A stretch of DNA of 64,000 bases, taken from Yuukianura sp. NJ FZ-2021 (lineage: Eukaryota). The notes under the pieces were generated by a model. The model worked only from the letters and a program-made list of their open reading frames with translations. It was not told where the DNA came from and did no database searches. Where the stretch lies: the NCBI GenBank assembly GCA_046563655.1, contig CM102289.1, positions 3,844,001-3,908,000 on the forward strand, read 5' to 3'. How positions within the stretch are numbered: the stretch's first letter is position 1; the number at the start of each line of letters is the position of its first letter. Made by a program: the position numbers and the translations under genes. Positions 38,001 to 51,254 of this stretch are shown here, one piece after another.

Positions 38001-38646
38001 CATAGTTCAACTCATTAAAAAACTTAAATCAAAAGTACGGCGTGCGTACTGTTCTGTAGTGATCTTGTGTCCGAAAACATTGACCTTAGCAAAAGAAGCG
38101 ACGGCATACTTTTAACATAAAAAGTACATGTCCGGATTTACATAGTTCGTTCGAAACCATGGTGTGGTTTTTACAAAATTAAAAATTAGATAACTAAAAC
38201 AGAGGTGATCTTGCTTCAGGTATTGTTCTATTCCTGAAAGGCATGCGGAATAATGATTTATCTATGAAGCAATTCTTTGGTCTCGTACGCGCTGTATTCT
38301 CAGTCTCATTGCTGCTGTTTTGTCCAAAATAAATTTTCCGGTTCTGCACGGTTCTGCGTATATATGGAATTCGCTGGTGAGATTTGTATGTGACGTAGAA
38401 TTTCAGGAATTAAATCATAGATTTAATAATGCGGACTCAACCAAGTGTAAAGAATACACCCAAAATCAGGGATATTTATTCTGTATTTGTTTAGTTTCGC
38501 AAATGTGGACGGCAAATATGCGGAAGGTGACTTGTAAGAATTGCATCATAGTAAAGTAGCAAAAGTACAAACGTTTTAGGACGAAAAAATTTAGAAGATT
38601 GAAGAAGCTTTTATTATATTTGTCAAAATTGTTTGTTTCAACGTTT

Positions 38647-39169
38647 TTAAAATTTTCTTTCTAGTGTCCATATTTTTTTCTCTCCATTTTCAAAATGGTG
38701 GCTTTCTGGATAGTGGAATTCAGCAGGACCAAATCCCACCTTCTTCAGTTCCTGCAGCAAGACCAAGTAGAATTTATGCGGCAGTGAACCGCTCAAGTTT
38801 GCTCCGCTATTCCAACTGTACAGTTGTTTCTGCTCATTCCAACGAAATTCAATACCACCAAGTTCCATGTGCGCCAATTTTGAATCCAGTACTTCTTGAT
38901 CAACTGGACCAATTTGAATGAAATGAATTTCGGATTCTTGGTGGTAAAATTTGCGCCGAGCTTCCAAATCCCATGGTTCGGGCGTTTCTCCTTCGACTTT
39001 TCCCGGTTTAGATTCAGGAAAGTTAACGAAATTAATTCTAGAAAATCAATATTATTTATGAATACCAATAGTACATTTTCGTTCAAAATCAAAATTGATT
39101 GAAATATAGCGTCTAAAAATTTAAATTAAAAATTAAAATTTCTTACTCGAGAACCAAGGATGACGACAT
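38647..39169 (-). CDS. Small unknown protein (~137 aa), paralog A
   Basis: Exons 39169-39147 and 39037-38647: MSSSLVLE/INFVNFPE...FYHQESEIHFIQIGP...LLQELKKVGF...IWTLERKF; homologous to the divergent neighbour. Confidence 0.8.
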
Positions 39170-39545
39170 GTTGTTTGGCTGATGTTTAAAACCACTCTGA
39201 AACGAAATGAGCTTTTGTTGCTAACAAACATTCAAAGTTTTTGACTTTCGAGTTCTAGTTCTACGAATTTGTACCCAACTTTGTCATTTTCGGTGTATAA
39301 TGCACTGGATCGTCGAATTTGTGCTAGAGTTTCCTAAACCAAAAACGTCGGTAAACGTCAATCGAAATTCTACGATAACAAAACCTCCTACTGTCAATTG
39401 TAACTTTATTTCCACAAACGCAATACCAACAACCACAAAAAACCTAAACTCAAAAATATTTGTTCATTGCTAATCAGACAAAGCAGTTGCACTTACTCAA
39501 AATTTTAAGTTTCGAATTTTGTATTTGTTACACCGGATTGTCAAC

Positions 39546-40086
39546 ATGGCTTTGGAATTGGAGTAAGTTATACTAAACATTCAGTATATTTTTATTATAT
39601 ATTCTACATTATACATAACGTATAATGTTCACGTAGAATTAAATATAATGTTGTTCAAAATGAAATAGTAATACGGTAATGCTCTTAAACCTGCGCAGAG
39701 TCAACCTTGTTCCATTTTTGGCGCAGAAGCCATACATGTGCCGTGGGTACAACGAAAAAATGGAGTGGACGCAAGAGGTGAAACAGTCATTTTACCACCA
39801 GCCATTGGAAGTCCATTTGATTAAGCTTGGCCCTCTGACGGAAGAGTTTCTAACTAGGAAAAAAATAGGTTGGAGTAAGGTTGACTTTGGATTGACGTTT
39901 CAAGCCACCTCTGACGGCTTCTACAAGTGGACCAGTGGCCCTGACCTCAAAGGGCTTCCGATGCATCATGTTCAGATACTTCTGGATGCTCTCAAAACCA
40001 TTGGCTACGAAGCTGATCGACATTGTGACACAGATCGGGAAACTCCAGTCACCAAATTCATTTACCGCCTAGAAAAGAAATTTTGA
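39546..40086 (+). CDS. Small unknown protein (~134 aa), paralog B
   Basis: Exons 39546-39562 and 39699-40086: MALELE/VNLVPF...FYHQPLEVHLIKLGP...LLDALKTIGY...IYRLEKKF; same phase-2 intron position as paralog A. Confidence 0.8.
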
Positions 40087-40910
40087 ACTTTCAAATATTT
40101 CCGCCCTTCACCAACATTTATGATTAATATTAAAGTGTATTATGTGTAAATTATGGTAAAAACAAAATTTGAAATTTCGGGCAAATAAAGAGTAACACGT
40201 TTAATACCCCCAAAAAATTAATTCTGTTTATCGCAATTTATGGTCCAATGTTTGCTCGCAAAGTAAAGCCGCGTAACAATTCTAGATGAGATGAAGATGT
40301 TGGTTGGTCCAAAAGTTTTGGACCAAAAGTTCAAAGACATTTTGACTTAATTAGATATTATAAAGGTAGTGAGTATTTATGCTATTATGATGATCCTACA
40401 TATATATGTAGTGCAGTTTTGAGCGTCCCTGCAGTAGTAGAAACAAAGTAACAGTTGTGCTCTTTTATTGGGCAGAACATTTCAAGACGATTTCTAACAA
40501 TTTAAGCCATTTCCTTAGACGCCATTTGTGAGTTAAAAGTTTGAGGGCATAATGTAATAGGAAATACGGGGCATCAAGGACGAAAAGGAGTGTGTGAACA
40601 AGTTTCTTGGAATTCTGACTTAGGCAAAGCCAGCAGGAAACCACACTGGTTTGTGACGATTTCCGAATTTTAATGAAATCGGAATCAAGAATTTATTTAA
40701 TTTATTCGGCTGTTTGTAGCAAACTCGCCTTTAAGAATAACAAGTAGTAAGTATTTAGAAAGCAACTCTTCAGATAGTAGTATGGGTTAAAGTGATGCCG
40801 CAACAATTACTTTCTGTGGTGAATTTAAAACAAAATAAGAAAGAGTTGTTATTGAGGATTATTATTGCTAACTTGTTAGTATAAAATTCTTAACATTTAT
40901 TTTACAAATA

Positions 40911-43900
40911 ATGGATTTCCTCGTAAGAATCTATATTATCACAACGTGTGTTATAACATTAAAATTAATTGGAAATGCTACTACGTTAAGCTCAGTTCAA
41001 CAATGCGGATTTGCGCCAATCAATACTACAGTGAAAATTTTCATTTCCGAAAATTTATCTTCAACGGGACAAAATTTAACTTTCCAGTGAGTCTTGTAAT
41101 TTGTCTATACTAGAACCTAATTGTCTGTGAATTTATTTTTGATTAATTGTTTAAGGTTAAAGAAATTTCGGATGCAGCAATGTGCAATTGGTCAGTTTAA
41201 AACGTTCAACATACAATCGACAAATGCAAATAGTACTTGGAATACGTCGTTTCTTTTTACTCCGTTCGCTTCTTTGATGTCAACATCTTTTCTAAAGGAT
41301 TCAGAATTTGCCAACAGGAATTTTGAAAGCGGCAAATTTTGCGTCACGACGTAACTTTTTTGGAAGTTATTAAAAATAAACATGAATTAGCGTAAATAAA
41401 ATTACGTTCAAAATTCTTTGTAGAGACAACGAAGGCAAACCCACAGAAGTGTCGATTTGCCTTGTCAACTGTGCCTTTGAACCATGCATTCCCAAGTGTT
41501 GCGATGAAAATGAATTGTTCAGTTTGACCGGTGACGCAGCATGCGTACCTGCTACTCGAAAATGGATTCCGAGGCTTCATTCCGACATTGTCGAAGGACA
41601 TCCCGAAGTTTCGACAACGCTTCACATGGTTGCAAAACACAAACTCTGTGAGGAGCTCGTCGTTCAAAAAACACACTTGAAACAGTACATTCCCTCTGAC
41701 ATGGGACATACCGAGTGAGAAATGATGGAATTAAAATCTAACCAAAAAACAATAATTTCTGCATTCAAATCTTAATTTAGCAGCAATTCAAGTCTTAATT
41801 TAGAAGCAACTAGCTTAATTAGTGTGAAATTTTTTATTTAGACTTCGGTTGCTGGCCAATGGCAATTTAGCATTCAAGAGAGACAAAACAAAAACATGGG
41901 GACTATATTCTTCCCAATTCCAGGACTTTTGTATGGATGGAGACAGTGACTCAGGCGAAGACGTTTTAGTTGATTTGGACTGTGCAGAAATGCACAATGC
42001 TAATCAGGATGGAGGCTCAGATGATGATGAGCGCATGCGCTTCAACCGAACTGTTTTCCCATACGACCCCTACAAGGATTCCATGCATATGGCAAATGTT
42101 GAAGTAAGATTGACCTCGATCGAGGATTTTGGAAAGAAAACTCCTGATTTGATTGTCAGCTGAATTCGTTTTAAATTTTGAACAGCGTTGTTAAGAACTT
42201 GTTTTAAACTTAACTTTAGCGAACGGTGAATCTCGTCCATGCAATTTTGATGATCGTGAGTTCCGTATTTCTGTTACTTGCGGTGATGATATACGTTGCG
42301 TTATGGGAAAAACAGAATACGCATGGGTGGACCGTACTCTCCTATATTATTTCTCTGTTCTTCGCCTACATTTTCCTGAGCGTTTTCAAATTGAGCGTAA
42401 GACACCGTGACGGAAATGACGTCGACATTTCAATAGGATGTTTTCTAAATGGTATGTTTGAAACAAATTAGATGTAAAGCTGCGTTAGCTTATCAACTGT
42501 AAGTATTCATTTTCTGTTTTCTAACAACGCGTGTGATATGTTTTAGGGCTTCTGGCGCACTTCTTTTTTACTTCTATTTTTACCTGGTTAACTGTTGTAA
42601 ATTTTGACATTTGGTGGCGTTTCCGGTAAGACCAAAAAATTATATCAAACTTTTATAATGCAACGCTCATTGCTATATTTGAATTTCTCAGGAACATGAA
42701 ACCGCATCCAAACAAAGGCAACAAGGAACTAGGGCGCTACCTACTTTATGCTTCATTTGGATTGGGCGTTCCATTCCTCATTGTTGTCATCGGAATATTT
42801 GTTGGGAGTTTCGGGTAAAATGTTGTTTCTAACTACGAAAATTTAATAACCAGTAATCAATATTATAAATGTCGCAGTTAGGGGTCGGAATCTGGAACGG
42901 GTTTCTTAAAATCCGGATTTCGGATTTTGACGGATTTCAACTGTGTTAACTCCCATAAGAAATTCAAAATTGATTTAAGCTGTCGGAAATTGCAGGTTGG
43001 AAACACTCGTAGCTAAAACCTTGATGAGGTTAAAATGAAAAAAAATGAAACATTGGCACAACATTAGCACAACATTGGCACAACATTGGCACAACATTGG
43101 CACAACATTAGCACAACATTAGCACAACATTGGCACAACATTACAACATTGGTACAACATTGGCACAACATTAGCACAACATTGGCACAACATTGGCACA
43201 ACATTGGCACAACATTGGCACAACATTGGCACAACATTGGCACAACATTAGCACAACATTGGCACAACATTAGCACAACATTGGCACAACATTGGCACAA
43301 CATTAGCACAACATTACAACATTGGTACAACATTGGCACAACATTAGCACAACATTGGCACAACATTAGCACAACATTGGCACAACATTGGCACAACATT
43401 AGCACAACATTGGCACAACATTAGCACAACATTAGCACAACATTGGCACAACATTAGCACAACATTGGCACAACATTGGCACAACATTAGCACAACATTG
43501 GCACAACATTAGCACAACATTGGCACAACATTAGCACAACATTGGCACAACATTAGCACAACATTAGCACAAAATTGGCACAACAATACAAAATACGGTA
43601 TTTTACGAACCCTGAAATTGAGTAAATCTGAGGTTGGCTATTTTTTTTGATACCGCACATGCCCTCGAATAGCTCTTGAAATCCGTAGAAATCCGGATTT
43701 CAGTATTTAAAAATCCGGATTTTGGATAATCCGAATCCGTCAAAAATCCGGATTTGAATATCCGGAGCAAAATCCGGATTCCGACCCCTAGTCGCAGTTG
43801 AGTTTATTCGAAACATGTTTTGCCTAATTGAAATATTTTTATGAAAAATAGAGGGTTGAGTCCTGGATATGGAAATGGTGGAATTTGCTTTTTACAACGA

Positions 43901-44740
43901 AATGCATTGGCTGCGTATCTCCATTACCCCATTGGAGTTTTGATGGGACTAAACTTCGGATTTTTCGTGTCGACGGCGTTCAAAATCTACGCGCACTTTA
44001 AAAATACTACAGGCGTCTATGAAGAAAAGGCACAACAGGAGTTTGAGTCGTGAGTGGTGTTGAAAGTTTTCAAAATTTGAATGTAGAGTTGATATAAGCA
44101 GAATCAAAATAGCGTGAAAGAAAAATATTCGATAACATCTAATGGTTTTATAAATTTACAGGTGTAAGGTTATCGTAAAGCTGTTTGTAGTTATGGGTAA
44201 GTTACAGTACGTTAAAATTTCTTTGAGGTGGGGACTTATTTCTTGACTTTGACACAGGAGTGACATGGATTTTTGAACTTGTGAGCTTTTGGGCCGAACC
44301 GGAATTTTCGAAGATGAGTACCGTGTGGATCATTGGATGGGCTACGATTGACTGTGCAAATATTCTGCAAGCAATTGGAATCTTTTACATTTTCATCTGG
44401 AAAAGGCTTATCCTCACTCAACTCTGGGAAAAGTACCCCATACTCAGACGTATGAAAAATGAATTTCCAAATGTTATATACAAAATGCGTTATTGTAAAG
44501 AATTACTACAACAAGAGTAATCATTTTAATAATCGTGTGCTTATTCTTTTATTTGAAGCATTTTTGAAATCACTAAAAGGCTTCCCTGGATGCAAGAAGA
44601 AGATTGACTATCGTTGCTCGTCTCGTCTGACAACAAAATCTTCCAACAAGAAAAATTCTGAAAAGAAGTCACAGAAGGATCAGAATCGCAAACTGTCTAA
44701 CACCAGTCAAAACAGCATCGTTGAGATTGAACTCAGTTAA
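40911..44740 (+). CDS. Methuselah-like (class B) GPCR 1, multi-exon
   Basis: Signal peptide, Cys-rich ectodomain (CIPKCC, FCMD), TM motifs QNTHGWTVLSY, HFFFTSIFTWLTVVNFDIWWRFR, KLFVVMGVTWIFE, NILQAIGIF; the first six exons splice in frame by eye. Confidence 0.9.
42879..43790. mobile_element. hAT-type non-autonomous transposon in an intron of Mth-like gene 1
   Basis: TIR TAGGGGTCGGAATC...GATTCCGACCCCTA; 8-bp TSD GTCGCAGT (42871-42878, 43791-43798); subterminal AAATCCGGATTT motifs. Confidence 0.92.
43049..43586 (+). repeat. 11-bp minisatellite (AACATT[G/A]GCAC)n, roughly 49 units
   Basis: Directly visible tandem array with two main variants and occasional 8-bp units. Confidence 0.97.
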
Positions 44741-45368
44741 ATTCAGTACAACCTCTGACTTTGTTTTGTTAACAAACGTAAATAAGTTTTAACATTATCG
44801 CAACAAACTTGATTAAATTTTGAGGTTACTTTTAATTATAAAATTAATATAAAACAGTAAAATTGTTCAATATTTTTCGTTTTGCATTCACTTTCAAGCA
44901 TCACAGAGCAGACTTGCGCCGTGATTTAACTTGTAAGTTTGTCTTGCATAGTTTAATTTTTTTGTACGTAGTTTGCAATTTACAAAAAGAAATTTTGTAT
45001 AGTGAGAATGCGCACATTTGAAATGGAGATGGAATGGTCATTTGGCCTGCGAATTGCAGAGACTCACCAGCCATCAATGGAAGAGTTGCATGATTTCGTG
45101 CAAAAAATGTTGAGTAGTGTGTAGTTAAGCATGAAGGTTGAGGCCAGGGAGAACAATAGGTATTCCGAGAAGTTGTTTACTGTTGTAATTATGCCAGAGC
45201 TAGTTTGCATGATTTCTTTCGTACAGACGCATCCCTGTCAAGTCCTGCGTCCTGTTTGTCTTCTCAGTAAATTCAGTTTACCTTTTCTGTTAAAACGTTT
45301 TGTGCAACTTAACTTTTTGGCAGAGTTTAGGCAAGGACAAGCTAAAACTTAATGGATTTCAACTGAGG

Positions 45369-48327
45369 ATGTCCCGGGTCAAAGTATTCGTTTTTATCGC
45401 CTACCTGTGGGTCACTTGCATTGCAAGTAAGGAACTACAAAGGTGTTCAAATGAGGTCAATCCTTCAGTGGCAATTCCAAAAGAATTTATATTCTCAGAT
45501 GACCAGGAAGTCAATTTTAGGTAAAACATAAATCATTAATTTCTTCAAAATTTAAATTCATGGTTATATTTTTCTCTTTTTTTAAGAATTGGCGACACTG
45601 TGCACCTCGATTGGTGTCAAAATGGAGTCAAGCAAAATTTTACAATGTCGATTCCTCGAATCATCAATACGAAGAAATTATCTCCTGAGGAAATTCCAGC
45701 ACTGCCGAAAGGTCAAGTTCATCACAAGTTGAACTTGACCTCTGATGCTCCACTTTCTACTATAAACGTGGCCGTGATCAAGTTCGCAGTTGAAGGACAA
45801 GTTAAAATCGGACAAGAAATTTACTCAACAGATGACTACTGCATTAGCAAGTAAAGTGTCACTTTTCACAAAGAATATTTTAAGATTTTTTATGATATTA
45901 ACGTGTCCTTGCAGGAATGAAGACAATGTGATAGAAATCATGACTTGCAAACACGGTTGCTCGGGGGCACAACATGGAAGTCCATGTCTCAAAAAATGCT
46001 GTAAAACTGGAAGCATGGTGAACTATTTGGAACAAAGATGTAGTCCTGTGAATCACACAAGCGAAGACTGGATTCCAAAAATGTACAACTCGCCGTACAG
46101 TTCTGAAGTGGAGGATATGCGCCTGCGTCATATTTCTCCAAGCTACACCATCTCTCCTCCAAAATGTCAACCTGTCATACTTGAAGATGGAACGGAGGAA
46201 CCAGGGCCGTTCCTACTTTTTCCTTCCTTTGAACTTCCAGCGGAAGAAACTATTCCTTGGAAAATATCTGGAGATGGTCAAATTTGGTGGAAGAAGCCGA
46301 ATCGCGGCTGGACAAAGCTAGCTACAGACAACTACTGCGTCGACGCTGTAGGCAATTTTGGACAGGAAACGGCCCTCCAGGAAATTGAATCAGACCAACA
46401 GGTCTTGATTTTATGTACTGATGAAGCACCAAAGAGTGTCGTAAGTTATACATTTTATAGCTTTTTGAAAATCTTGAAAAAAGAGTATAGTTATTTTCAG
46501 AAAATTCATTCTCAGTTTTTTTTTTCAAATTTCTAGCATCGTTATTCCATCCTATATGTGACGGTGATGTTCATTTCTGCAGTTTTTCTGTTTATCACAG
46601 CCGTTGTGTACGTTGCACTTTGGAGTTTCCAGAATGTCCATGGTTGGACAATTTTTTCTCACGTTACGTCCATGTTCTTCATGTATATTTCACTTGCGTC
46701 TGCTCATCTTTTTGGTATCACGCACACTAGTGACGAAGGCGGCGGAACTTGTAGATTTATTGGTAATAATTTTTCCATTCTACTAACATTTTAAACCAGA
46801 AAAAGTGTTCACTCAATCAAAGATTTTGTACTTTCCTCTTAGGTGTCACCGCTCACTTTTTCTTCCTTTCTACATTTTGCTGGTACGGTGGAATTTGATC
46901 CATGTTTACTAAAAAAAGATAATTCTGAACTTATAATCTTATAGTCTTTGAATTTGTAGGCTTGGCGTCATCAATTTTGATCTGTGCTACACATTTCGGT
47001 AATGTCAAAAAATTCACCACAGTAATAACTTTAAAATCAGTCAACAAATTAAATTGCGTAAAACCTAACTGCTAAGGCTAAAAAATAATATAATTTTCAT
47101 AATTTGTTTCAGAACACTTAATCCCAGTGGAGCTGGAAAATCAAAAGGACTGAAACGATACTGGTGCTACTTTCTATTTGCAGTTTCTATTCCGACATCC
47201 GTCATCGCTGTTGGTCTCATTCTTGAACATATTTATTGGTAACCAAATAAAACCAATGTACATCCTTTGCTATGTTAAAGAATTATTTTAAGAATGAGGT
47301 ATCGGTTTTCAACAATTTTAAGCTGACTGAGTTATATTTTGTAGGAATGATACTGACAGCGATGTAATACTACCCAGATACGGAGTTGCGTTGTGCTATG
47401 TTGCTGTTTCTGCCCAGGGTGTTTACGTCTATTCAATTGTCGGCACTTTACTCGGCGTAAATTTGGTACTCATACTTATTACGACTACCACAATTTTCCG
47501 TTTAAAAAAATCCACAAAATCAGTCATCAAGAACAGCACTGCGTCTACTAATCAGTCGTAAGGAAAAAAAACAGATTAAAAAAAAAATTCAGTTTTGTGT
47601 TTCAAAAATCAAATTGAAAAAAACAGGACATGCATGTCGCAGTCTAACATGCCGCACACACTGTGCAAAAGAGCGAACTTTCTACTTAATTATAATAATT
47701 AATTAATTATTAGTAACTAATTAGTCATTAACTTTACTACTTTTTCTGATAAACTTTTGACTCTTGCAGGTACTGGCTGTTCCTGAAACTATTCATTGTC
47801 ATGGGTATGGTTCACTTAAAGAATATCGCGAAGATGAGCTTGCTCGTTGTGAACAAGCATAAAGCATCTCAGAAGAAATGTTTTTGGATTATTTAAGGTG
47901 TTACGTGGGTGTTTGAAATAATATCATGGGCAGAGGCAAACGGAAGTGACGATACTGAAATCCAATGGTACTGGGTATTCTTTGACGTTGTCAACATTCT
48001 CCAAGCAGTCGCAATCTTTTTCATTTTTGTGTGTAAAAAACGCATTCTGAACCAACTCAAAACAAAATACCCGCGTGTTACAAGTAATTTCAGCAAATTT
48101 TAATGAAATGAACGAAAGTAATGTTCTAGTAAAGTAAGAATTTGTCCCTTAATCTAGCTAAAATTTATAAAGAATTCGCTTTATTAGGTTCTATTGAAGA
48201 CGTCTTTCGAGGAGCGATCTGCAGAAAACTCAAATCCCCCACGAATGATCACGAAATTGAGATACCAACGGCCCATACATCAGTTGCAAACAACTCGAAG
48301 GAAAGCGCAGAAACGCCGATACCTTAG
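45369..48327 (+). CDS. Methuselah-like (class B) GPCR 2, multi-exon
   Basis: Signal peptide MSRVKVFVFIAYLWVTCIAS, ectodomain CLKKCC and NYCVD, TM motifs QNVHGWTIFSH, HFFFLSTFCWLGVINFDL, LFLKLFIVMGVTWVFE, NILQAVAIF. Confidence 0.9.
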
Positions 48328-48775
48328 AAATCTGTGACCTGCATTTGCAAGATTCCTGTAGTCAAAAAGGCATGGAGTTTGCAATATTTTTTAAACTGTT
48401 TTGGTGAAGTTTTTATTTATATATTTAACTCATTTTACCTATACCAATTAAAATTGGTTTTTATAGACTGTAGAACTTAAAATTAATTTTAATTTAACGT
48501 ATTTAGGAAGCTTAGCCACGAATCTTATGGATGAGTAAAGATTCGAAAAATTCGTGGAATTGCAAGTAAAAATGCTCAAAATTGAGTTTAATTTTTATAA
48601 CCACAAACGGACATACAGCTCCGCTTTCCGTTCTCTTGACCTCGTTGCTAATTAAATCAGGAGCAATTGAATTTCCGTGGTTTAAAAGGCGATTCAGATT
48701 TTAAAGAAGTTTTAGAACTTTGTAAGAGATTTGAAATTCCTCAAAAATAATTTCTCTCGAAGCTACTTTGGGAAA

Positions 48776-49288
48776 ATGAACACAAAACTCGTACTCGCCT
48801 CTGTCGTTGTACTTGTGTACTGCGTGTCATGCGCATACAGCCGTGACTTGCTTGTTGAGGTCATTTCAGGGACAGTCCGCAAGAAGGACACATTTTCCAC
48901 TGATCCGTACATGAGCGTGAGTGTCTGTAAGCAAAAAGAAACTACTCCAACGGTCAAGGATTCACTCAGACCTGTTTGGAACTGGAGACATCAAGTAAGT
49001 AGCTTGGAAGTCTTGGATTTTAGAAATTGGAATTTTATTTTTAACATTCTCAATGTTGCTTTCAATGTTAAAGTTTTTCTTTTTTTGCCTCAGTTTAAAA
49101 ACGTCAGGGACGACTGTCGTTTGAAATTCCATTTGTACGATGAAGACGTCGGACCCGACGACAGCATTGGAGAAATGGAAACGACAGTTGGAAAATTCAT
49201 CAGAGAACGCAGTGAAACAAGCACTTTGACTCTCGGCAAGAAGGGAGACAGCAACATTCAAATCAGAGTCAGATATGTTGGACTTTAA
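48776..49288 (+). CDS. Secreted single C2-domain protein 1 (137 aa)
   Basis: Exons 48776-48994 and 49094-49288; signal peptide, then KDTFSTDPYMSV...PVWNW...LYDEDVGPDDSIG with C2 Ca2+-binding Asp residues. Confidence 0.88.
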   Translation: MNTKLVLASVVVLVYCVSCAYSRDLLVEVISGTVRKKDTFSTDPYMSVSVCKQKETTPTVKDSLRPVWNWRHQVSSLEVLDFRNWNFIFNILNVAFNVKVFLFLPQFKNVRDDCRLKFHLYDEDVGPDDSIGEMETTVGKFIRERSETSTLTLGKKGDSNIQIRVRYVGL

Positions 49289-49858
49289 AGAATAGTGTTA
49301 AATCAAAACAAATAATAATTCAACAACAAGTTCACTCAAATTATTTAACCGGTCCCAATTACTATGCTAATAAACTTTCCTTTATTCGAATCAAGTTAAC
49401 TTAATTTGTTACTTCTGAGATTTTAGTGTTTGTAAACATATATTTATCTTCCCAACGCGAATATTTTCCAAATGCATATTCACAGCACTTAAGCACTTTA
49501 TAAACTCATATTCCAATCTGCAAAAATATATTCAAAATTCTGGTTCTTAAAGGTCAAGCAAAGGCAGCGCTTTCAATTCTCAGAATTCTCGAAAACCTTG
49601 AATGACTAATAACTTTTTTTTGCCAAAAAATTATTTATGCATAAAATGTTGAAGAAGTTGGCAATGAAAGTGGATGATCTGCGTCATAAATTGCGCAAGT
49701 TGGAAGTTCTGTAAAATAGTTTTATAGGACACCAAGGTGTTCAACTTATCAGTAATAAAATTGAAACACAACAAGAACCATCTGAACTGGATTGTTTTGC
49801 CGTTTCTGTTTTGGAACATTGTTTTATTACAAAATTTTGAAAAACTATCAAAAAAAAA

Positions 49859-50330
49859 ATGAATTCGAAATTAATGCTTGCCAGCGTAATTTTGCTGGCG
49901 TACTGTGTATCTCTGGCTTACTCGAGAGATTTACTTGTGGAGGTAATTGGCGGAAGAGTGCGGAGGAAGGACACGTTATCTACGGATCCGTATATGAGCG
50001 TCAGTGTATGTCGCGAAAAACAACGAACTCCAACTGTGAGAAGCAATGTCACTCCTGTATGGAACTGGAGACATCAAGTAAGATACATTAAATTTCAATA
50101 AAATAAAAGTTATACAAAATCTGAATTGTGTTATGTTTTAGTTTAAAAACGTTCGCGACGACTGCCGCCTCAAGTTCCACCTTTACGACGATGACTTTGG
50201 AAGTGACGACACCATTGGAGAGTTCCAAACCACCGTTGGTGCTTTTGTGAGAGAACGAGCAGAAACTAGCACGTTGACATTTGGGAAGCAAGGAGACAGT
50301 AACATCCAGATTAGAGTTCGTTACGTTTGA
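49859..50330 (+). CDS. Secreted single C2-domain protein 2 (135 aa)
   Basis: Exons 49859-50077 and 50142-50330; paralog with the same intron position; KDTLSTDPY...LYDDDFGSDDTIG. Confidence 0.88.
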
Positions 50331-51254
50331 AATTTTGAGGCCTGACACCTCTCGGATTTAACTCTTCAACAAAATTTTTAATAAAAAACTTACAAATCTC
50401 AAAGTGTAAATTAAAAAAATAAGGAAAGCTATTACTCAGAAATGTTACACTTATTCAATTATTCATCAACTCAGAACAATAATTCCGTGAGTTAATTTGT
50501 CTCTAAGTTGAATTGCCTAATTTTTAATAATGTCGTCCTAATCGTTTGTCTGTGTTGGAGGATAGAAGTAATATTTATATTGATCTAATTAACCTGATTG
50601 TTTTAGGGTAAGTCTTAATTGCGTACTTACCTGTGTCAACAATGGTTGCTTTTAATTCCCGATTAGATCACAGTCTCACCACCGCCCCAGGTTATAAATT
50701 GATGGCAGTTTTCTGTAAAGGCGTTTGGATTACTTGATAGGACAGTTTTTGCCTATTGCAAAAAAAAACGTAAAAGAAAAAATTGCGTTCTGCTACTTGC
50801 AATACTGTGAAAAAAAGCAACCCCATCAAAAGCAGAATAACTATCGCGCTATATCTTTCGACAAGAATTAATAAAGGCGTGGAACACAAATGAACTATGA
50901 GGTGACTCGCATTAGTTCCAAACGAAAAATTCAGTTTCTCCCTTTAACTAATATATTCCAGTTTAATTTTTAATTGAGCACTTCAATTACAATGAATCGT
51001 ATGTACAGGAGTATTTTTTCAAAATGTTACAAAAGGCAGCAGTGGCACTCAAAGCGACATAACCATGAAACTTCAAATTCAAATTTTCTTTTTGTGAATA
51101 TCATTTTTGGTAACAAGATGTCAATTTAGAAGTTTGGTGAGGACTTGGAATTTTTCACCAAAAAGGCTCCCATTTTGTTTCCAATTTTCGAGAAGTCTAG
51201 TCGTACAAGTCATAAAAGCATTAGTGGTTATTGAAAATAAGCTTCGCTTTGAAA

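Noticed and set aside
43064..43424. Repetitive ORFs (MLCQCCANVV)n and (AQHWHNISTTL)n
   Set aside because: Translations of the 11-bp minisatellite inside a MITE, not metallothionein-like genes
43049..43586. Repeat array as a possible CRISPR
   Set aside because: Units abut with no unique spacers, and the context is eukaryotic
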